Below are positions 58,195-64,000 of a stretch of DNA of 64,000 nucleotides, in pieces. Source of the stretch: a bacterium (GTDB lineage: Bacteria; Armatimonadota; Zipacnadia; Zipacnadales; Zipacnadaceae). The stretch covers positions 5,094 through 69,093 of the forward strand of contig JAUVZM010000005.1 of assembly GCA_030602615.1 (NCBI GenBank). Reading direction: 5' to 3'. Positions within the stretch are counted from its first letter, which is position 1; each line of letters begins with the position of its first letter. The notes under the pieces are model-generated. The model worked only from the letters and a program-made list of their open reading frames with translations, did no database searches and was not told the origin of the DNA. Both the position numbers and the translations under genes were made by a program.

Positions 58195-59657
58195 TAACTG
58201 GGTTCTGACTCCTCTTTTGGCTCAAGCCGCTCTAGATTCTCCTGGGCCGGCTGATAATTTGGGTTGATCTGTAGCGCTCGCTGGTACTGCTGACGGGCTT
58301 CGTCCAGCTTGCCCTGGCGCTGGTATGCAGCTCCCAGATTGTTGACGGCATAGACATACTGAGGATCGCTCTTCAATGCCGCTTTGAAATGGACAATCGC
58401 TTCGGTTACGTCCTGGCGATCCAGGAATATCAAGCCAATATTGTTGTGCGCCTCGGCGTTGTCAGGAGCAAGTTTGAGAACCTGCAGATACTCAGCCAGC
58501 GCCTCAGACTTGCTTCCTCGGTCGTAGTAGGCATTGGCCAGGCCCAGGCGCACCTGGAAGCTATCGGGAAACCTTTGGGTCGCCAACTGCCACTGCACCA
58601 GCGCCTCGGCGTCTTTTCCCGCCTTGGCCAGCGACCAGGCCAGATTCAGATGGGCAACTTCCCAACGAGGCCCGCGCTTGATAGCCTCGCGAAATGTCGT
58701 GCTAGCCTGCTCGTAGTTGCCCTGCTGGAACTGGGCCCAGCCCAGATTAATCAGACAGTTGACATTGCCAGCCTCAATGGCCAGCGCCTGTTCGTAGGCC
58801 GCTTCAGCCTGCTGGTACTGCTGCCGGGCAGCCAGAGCCAGACCCAGATTATACTGGGCGACAAAATCATCGGGAGTAGCTTGCGCCGCCTGCTGGAGAT
58901 GACTGACTACCTCCGTGTAGCGCTGCACATTGTACAGCGCCGTGCCCAGACCAAGATGAGCATTTGGGAGGTCAGCATCTATGGCGAGGGCCGCCTGATA
59001 GGCATCTATGGCCGCCTCATTGTCGCCCGACTTGAGATACAGCGAGCCGAGCGTGCTCAGGACGGCGGTATTTTGTGGCTGTATTTTGCGGGCGGCCTCG
59101 TATTCGCGGATCGCTTTGGCTGTCTCCCCGGCTCTTTGCAGGGCATAACCAAAGTTTATGTGCGCCTCCGGGTCATTAGGACTTACCTCAAGGGCACGAC
59201 TGTACTCATTGAAGGCCACCACAAACTTGCCCTGGCGAGCCATCAGGTTCGCCAGATTGTAATGAGCGTCAAAGTAGTTGGAAGTGATTTCCAGGGCTTT
59301 GCGGTAGCTTTCCTCAGCCTGCTCAAACTTGCCGACCTCAGCGTAGGCATTGCCCAGGTTGTTGTATATCACGTGCGATCCTTCACTGCGAGCAGCCGCC
59401 TGCTCCAGACACTGAATAGCCCGCTGGATGTCGCCGAGCTGCAGCGAGACCGTCCCGCACCAGGCCAAAACCACCGGATCGTTGGGCACCAGGCCCAAAG
59501 CTGCCTCGAAAGCCGCTTTGGCACCAGCGAGATCACCGGCTTCGTACAGCTCCAGGCCGCGCTGGAAGTCATCGGGGCTTGATTGCTGGGCGTAACTGAC
59601 ACTAGCAACCAGCGCCACGACCACAATTACTACCGCGACGTTCAAATGCATTTTCAT
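58194..59657 (-). CDS. Secreted tetratricopeptide repeat protein
   Basis: Signal peptide followed by about a dozen 34-aa TPR units (YNNLG, HYNLA, NLG...). Confidence 0.9.
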   Translation of the reverse strand: MKMHLNVAVVIVVVALVASVSYAQQSSPDDFQRGLELYEAGDLAGAKAAFEAALGLVPNDPVVLAWCGTVSLQLGDIQRAIQCLEQAAARSEGSHVIYNNLGNAYAEVGKFEQAEESYRKALEITSNYFDAHYNLANLMARQGKFVVAFNEYSRALEVSPNDPEAHINFGYALQRAGETAKAIREYEAARKIQPQNTAVLSTLGSLYLKSGDNEAAIDAYQAALAIDADLPNAHLGLGTALYNVQRYTEVVSHLQQAAQATPDDFVAQYNLGLALAARQQYQQAEAAYEQALAIEAGNVNCLINLGWAQFQQGNYEQASTTFREAIKRGPRWEVAHLNLAWSLAKAGKDAEALVQWQLATQRFPDSFQVRLGLANAYYDRGSKSEALAEYLQVLKLAPDNAEAHNNIGLIFLDRQDVTEAIVHFKAALKSDPQYVYAVNNLGAAYQRQGKLDEARQQYQRALQINPNYQPAQENLERLEPKEESEPS

Positions 59658-59704
59658 TTCTCTGGCACCCCCATTATAAGGTTCAGTTGCACTGGACTGG
59701 AAAT

Positions 59705-61606
59705 CTATTTGCTGACGTAGGCGACGTCCACACTGCGGCACAGCTTGCCCGCAGCCTGCACGATCGCCTCAGTATCTATGCCCACATCGGCGCGCAGGCG
59801 CTCGACATCCCCGAAGGTAATAAATTCATCGGGTATCCCCAGGCGAGCCAGTCCTACATCCTCCAAGCCGCAGTCATTGAGCAACTCGGCTACCCCCGAG
59901 CCGAATCCGCCCGCTCTAGCATTGTCTTCTACTGTTATAATTGCCCCAATTTCTTGGGCAAGGCTGATAATTAAATCTTCATCCAGCGGCTTGACAAAAC
60001 GAGCATCAACAACAGTAGCATCAATGCCCTGCTTACTGAGGACTTCCGCTGCCTCCAGAGCCGCCGAAACACAATCGCCCACGGCAACTACTGCTATATC
60101 ATTCCCCTCGCGGCGCACTTTGGCCTTCCCCGCAGGCAACGGCTCCAGCGGCACCTGCCAATCGGCCCCAGGCCCGCAGCCACGGGGATAGCGCAGCGCA
60201 GCCGGACTGTCGAGCGTCAGGGCTGTCGCCAGCATACGGCGCAGCTCCGCTTTGTCCGACGGGGCCATCACCGTCATATTAGGGATATGGCGCAGATAGC
60301 TCAAATCGAAAAGGCCGTGGTGGGTCGGGCCATCCGCACCTACGAGGCCAGCCCGGTCTACCGCAAAGATCACGGGAAGATTCTGCAGGGCCACATCGTG
60401 AATGATCTGGTCATAGCTGCGCTGCAAGAAGGTAGAATATATGGTCACAATCGGCCTCATGCCCGCGGCCGCCAGTCCCGCCGCATAGGTGACGGCGTGT
60501 TCTTCTGCCATGCCCACATCGAAGCAGCGGCCTGGGAAGAGCTTCTTGAACTGGTCCAGCCCGGTTCCGTCGAGCATGGCCGCTGAGATAGCCACAATTC
60601 GCTCGTCGTCTTCGGCCAACTCGCAGACCGTCTGACCTAACACCTCACTGAAAGTAGGCTGCTGGCGCGAGGAAACGGTCTCGCCATTTTCCGGTAGAAA
60701 TGGACTGGTACCGTGGAAGCGCCGCGGATTATCTTCCGCCGGCTCATAGCCCCGGCCTTTTTGCGTCAGCAGATGAACCAGGACTGGTCCCTTAAGGCGC
60801 ACAGCATGCTTAAACAAACTACTCATATGAGCTATATTGTGGCCATCAATGGGACCCAAATAAGTGAAGCCAAACTGCTCGAAGAGCATCCCCGGCACGA
60901 CAAGTTGCTTGATCCCCAGCTTGATTCGGTCCAAAGCGTGGACCATATCCTCGCCCATCGGAATATGCCGCAGCAGGCGCAGAGCATCTTCGCGCGCCCG
61001 CCGGCCAGCCGGGTGTAGCGTCGCCCGCAGCGTGGCTAGATAGCCGGACATCGCCCCAACATTGTGACTGATGCTCATTTCATTATCATTTAGCACAACC
61101 AGCAGATCGCGCTGCTGCTCGCCGGCTTGATTGAGCGCCTCCAGAGCCAGACCACCGGTAAGAGCACCGTCGCCGATAACTGCGACAATGGTCTCATCCT
61201 CACCACGCAGGTCGCGGGCGGTGGCGAAGCCCAGGGCCGCAGAGATGGACGTACTGCCATGACCGGCCCCGAACGGATCGTGCGGACTCTCCTGGCGGCT
61301 GGTAAAGCCGGAAAGCCCTCCATACTGACGCAGATTAGCAAACTCTTTCTGGCGGTCGGTCAGCAGTTTGTGGGTATAACACTGATGTCCGACGTCCCAG
61401 ATAATCTTATCGGCAGGCGAGTTAAGCTCGCGGTGCAGGGCAATGGTCAGCTCCACTGTCCCCAGGTTGGGAGCCAGATGCCCGCCGGTCCGAGCGGTAG
61501 TCTCGATGATCCGCTCGCGGATTTCTCCAGCCAGAGTGTGCAACTGACTTAGCGACAGCGATTTCAGGTCAGCCGGCGATTGTATATCGTCCAAAAGCTC
61601 ACTCAT
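59705..61606 (-). CDS. dxs: 1-deoxy-D-xylulose-5-phosphate synthase
   Basis: GGHLAPNLG, WDVGHQ, GDGALTGG, YSTFLQR, DRAGLVGADGPTHHG. Confidence 0.97.
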   Translation of the reverse strand: MSELLDDIQSPADLKSLSLSQLHTLAGEIRERIIETTARTGGHLAPNLGTVELTIALHRELNSPADKIIWDVGHQCYTHKLLTDRQKEFANLRQYGGLSGFTSRQESPHDPFGAGHGSTSISAALGFATARDLRGEDETIVAVIGDGALTGGLALEALNQAGEQQRDLLVVLNDNEMSISHNVGAMSGYLATLRATLHPAGRRAREDALRLLRHIPMGEDMVHALDRIKLGIKQLVVPGMLFEQFGFTYLGPIDGHNIAHMSSLFKHAVRLKGPVLVHLLTQKGRGYEPAEDNPRRFHGTSPFLPENGETVSSRQQPTFSEVLGQTVCELAEDDERIVAISAAMLDGTGLDQFKKLFPGRCFDVGMAEEHAVTYAAGLAAAGMRPIVTIYSTFLQRSYDQIIHDVALQNLPVIFAVDRAGLVGADGPTHHGLFDLSYLRHIPNMTVMAPSDKAELRRMLATALTLDSPAALRYPRGCGPGADWQVPLEPLPAGKAKVRREGNDIAVVAVGDCVSAALEAAEVLSKQGIDATVVDARFVKPLDEDLIISLAQEIGAIITVEDNARAGGFGSGVAELLNDCGLEDVGLARLGIPDEFITFGDVERLRADVGIDTEAIVQAAGKLCRSVDVAYVSK

Positions 61607-61613
61607 AGTTCAG

Positions 61614-61847
61614 CTACTCAAAGAGCGACTCTTCCTCCTGTTCGGACTCCTCATCAGGGACATATTCTTCAATCTTGGCCTCGGCCTCGCTCAGCCGGCG
61701 CTCACACAGTTGCTTCAGAGCCATACCTCTCTGAAACTTTTCCACAGCTTCCTCCAGGGACAACTCGCCTTCTTCCAGCTCTGCGACAATCTCTTCGAGC
61801 TGAGTTAGAGCTTCCTCGAACTTCAGGTCTTCCCCAGATTCTTCCAT
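61614..61847 (-). CDS. xseB: Exodeoxyribonuclease VII small subunit
   Basis: FEEALTQLEEIV..LEEGELSLEE...AEAKI. Confidence 0.94.
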   Translation of the reverse strand: MEESGEDLKFEEALTQLEEIVAELEEGELSLEEAVEKFQRGMALKQLCERRLSEAEAKIEEYVPDEESEQEEESLFE

Positions 61848-61866
61848 GATGATATCCTAACCGGCC

Positions 61867-63090
61867 TTAGTTGGCGCTGACCTTGGTAACATCAGCGAAT
61901 ATGTCCCCGTCGGTTACCGTCACCCGCACCGGCTCACTTCGCTGCACTGCCGCGACCGACTTGACCACAGCCCCATCGCGTCCTCGCTGGCAGATGGCGT
62001 AGCCCCGCTCCAATACCGCTGTGGGGCTCAGCGCCGTCAGGGCCGTGCCTGCCTTCTCCAGCCGACGGTCATGCTCAGAAACCAGGTCATCGAGCTCCCT
62101 ACTCAGTAGAACAATTCCCTCATCGAGCCGCTGCTGCCAGGGCTCGAGCATTATCTGGGGCTGACGCATTGTCGGGCGGTCGGCGACGGCAGCGAGCCGG
62201 TCGCTAGCTCGTTGCAGCCGGCTCAGCACGCCGCCTCGCAGCCGCTTGCCCGCGACCACCAGATTATCAAGAAGTTCTCGCTGATCGGGCACCACCATCT
62301 CGGCTGCCTCCGAGGGCGTGGCGGCGCGGGCGTCAGCAACATAGTCAGCGATGGTAAAATCTGTCTCGTGACCGACAGCGCTGATCACGGGAATCGGGCA
62401 GGCAAAAATAGCTCGGGCCACTGCTTCTTCGTTGAACGCCCACAGATCTTCCAGCGACCCTCCACCACGCCCGACAATGATCACATCCAGTTCCTCATGG
62501 CGGCCGGCCGCCTGCAGGGACTGCACGATGCTGGGAGCGGCTGCCTCTCCCTGGACTACTGTAGGAAACTGCACAATCTTGGCCCGCGGATAGCGGCGGG
62601 TCATTATGCGAATCATATCCTGGACGGCCGCCCCGGTTGGCGAGGTGCATATCCCAACAGCTCGCGGGAAGAGCGGCAACGGACGTTTGCGGGCGGGCTC
62701 AAACAGACCTTCCGCCTCCAGCCTCGCCTTGAGTTCTTCCAGACGCGCTGCCAGTTCCCCAGCGCCGTCAGGTCGCATAAACCGCACAATTAGCTGGTAG
62801 CGCCCGGCCCGCTCATAGACTGTGACATTGCCGCGCGCCACTACCTGCATGCCCTCTTCGGGGGCAAAATCCAGGCTCTGGGCGGCGCGACGAAAACAGA
62901 CACAGCTAAGCTGGCTATCCTCATCTTTCAGTGAGAAGTACAGATGGCCGGAGCGGTGGCTGGTGAAGTTGGATATCTCGCCACGTACCACCATCTGCTG
63001 GAGCACTTCGTCGCGATCCAGCAACTGCTTGACGTACGCGGTCACCTCAGAGACACTAAGGATAGCTTCTTGCATGTTAGAAGAATGCAT
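61867..63090 (-). CDS. xseA: Exodeoxyribonuclease VII large subunit
   Basis: GEISNF, SGHLYFSLKD, RGGGSLEDLWAFN, AVGHETD, LERGYA. Confidence 0.96.
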   Translation of the reverse strand: MHSSNMQEAILSVSEVTAYVKQLLDRDEVLQQMVVRGEISNFTSHRSGHLYFSLKDEDSQLSCVCFRRAAQSLDFAPEEGMQVVARGNVTVYERAGRYQLIVRFMRPDGAGELAARLEELKARLEAEGLFEPARKRPLPLFPRAVGICTSPTGAAVQDMIRIMTRRYPRAKIVQFPTVVQGEAAAPSIVQSLQAAGRHEELDVIIVGRGGGSLEDLWAFNEEAVARAIFACPIPVISAVGHETDFTIADYVADARAATPSEAAEMVVPDQRELLDNLVVAGKRLRGGVLSRLQRASDRLAAVADRPTMRQPQIMLEPWQQRLDEGIVLLSRELDDLVSEHDRRLEKAGTALTALSPTAVLERGYAICQRGRDGAVVKSVAAVQRSEPVRVTVTDGDIFADVTKVSAN

Positions 63091-63152
63091 CCTCAGACTA
63101 TTTACACCCACTCTGTGCCGGGTGGCCCATCTCTGTTCTGCCCACCGGGCAA

Positions 63153-63650
63153 TTAGCTGACTTCTTCAACCTGTTCCCGGGCCACTGCGCCCAGAATGCC
63201 GTTAATGAACTTGCTGGAGTCTTCGGTCCCGTATTCCTTAGCCAGTTCGACAGCCTCGTCAATAGTAACACTGATCGGGACCTCGGGCACATAAAGCATC
63301 TCGGCCAGAGCCATGCGCAGAATGTTGCGATCCACCGCTGGCATCCGCGCCAGCGCCCAGCCCTCTGAATACTGGCTGATTAGTTCATCTATTGGGATCG
63401 AGTGGGCATAATATTGCTCAGCTAAGCGGCGGCTATAATCTTCAATCTCTGCGCCGAGCTTTTCCAGCTCATCGCCGTCGAGGTTCCACTGCTCGATCAG
63501 CATGCCCAGGATGGCTCGAGCTTGCTTGAAAACCTGGTCGGAGCCTTGCCCGCTGATATCCCCAGCAAAGACTAATGCCAAGCACAGTTCCCGCGCCCGC
63601 CGCCGGGCGCCAATCTGACTTGTCCGCGACGTTCCAGGGAGGTCGGGCAT
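63153..63650 (-). CDS. nusB: Transcription antitermination factor NusB
   Basis: RRRARE, VDRNILR, IDEAVELAKEYG..SSKFINGIL. Confidence 0.94.
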   Translation of the reverse strand: MPDLPGTSRTSQIGARRRARELCLALVFAGDISGQGSDQVFKQARAILGMLIEQWNLDGDELEKLGAEIEDYSRRLAEQYYAHSIPIDELISQYSEGWALARMPAVDRNILRMALAEMLYVPEVPISVTIDEAVELAKEYGTEDSSKFINGILGAVAREQVEEVS

Positions 63651-63684
63651 ACCATACCTCTTACTTACCAGAGGCCGGCGCCGG

Positions 63685-63912
63685 TCAGCCTCGCTCAGAC
63701 CAGGGCCAAGTGGCGTCGCCGGCCACATAGAATCTGCCGACCACTGCCCCCAATACTGTGAGGAGTAACACGAATAGACCGGCGGCAGCTCCGCTGACAA
63801 CAAAGATAATCCCAATGCCCAGTCCAAATACCGCACCAATGATGGTGGCTACCACGGTGATGAGGGTATCAACCCATGCCGGTGACTCATTGGACTTTTC
63901 TGAACCTTTCAT
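63685..63912 (-). CDS. Small membrane protein (DUF2273-like)
   Basis: Two hydrophobic helices; usual position upstream of nusB; RBS AAGGAGG. Confidence 0.6.
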   Translation of the reverse strand: MKGSEKSNESPAWVDTLITVVATIIGAVFGLGIGIIFVVSGAAAGLFVLLLTVLGAVVGRFYVAGDATWPWSERG

Positions 63913-63931
63913 AGTAGCTGACCTCCTTCAT

Positions 63932-64000
63932 CTAATCCATACGCCGTTCGACAAAACTAATATCCACTTCCCCGCGCCGGAAATAGGCATTGCCCAGAAT
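63932..64000 (-). CDS. accC: Probable biotin carboxylase C-terminus (partial)
   Basis: ILGNAYFRRGEVDISFVERRMD* resembles the AccC end; accC-nusB-xse-dxs synteny. Confidence 0.55.
   Translation of the reverse strand: MLGNAYFRRGEVDISFVERRMD

Noticed and set aside
58389..59582. Long antisense ORF over the TPR gene (and similar ones over the helicase, UPF0280 and uvrA)
   Set aside because: Typical high-GC antisense shadows with no motifs
1..64000. CRISPR arrays, tRNA/rRNA, transposases, prophage
   Set aside because: No regularly spaced repeats, cloverleafs or mobile-element genes recognised by eye

Overview
A GC-rich bacterial chromosome segment, mostly housekeeping and envelope genes. The gene mix suggests an anaerobic diderm Terrabacteria lineage such as Armatimonadota (inference): Firmicutes-like rny-ymdB-spoVS and accC-nusB-xseAB-dxs-NAD kinase synteny, plus an SLH-anchored outer-membrane barrel, lnt, exosortase/EpsI and YjbH-like barrels. 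Main blocks: an exosortase/EpsI locus flanked by two GT-C glycosyltransferases; secDF-lnt; an SLH porin with a collagen-like stalk; an ECF sigma/anti-sigma locus; tatC-MrfA helicase-PHP-STAS; an archaeal-type sulfide assimilation cluster (UPF0280, TPP riboswitch-thi4, tandem Cys-rich protein, DUF39 homocysteine synthase, NIL-ferredoxin); a tandem-duplicated UvrA; and a 2-oxoacid:ferredoxin oxidoreductase operon followed by translin. Highlights missing from the ORF track: a 40-aa, 10-Cys metallothionein-like peptide behind an ArsR/SmtB repressor; two long structured 5' leaders; twin divergent ECF promoters; a translin gene that seems to start at ATT; and several deletion-scar gene remnants. No rRNA, tRNA, CRISPR array or transposase was recognised. 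All family calls come from motif recognition by eye, not database searches.
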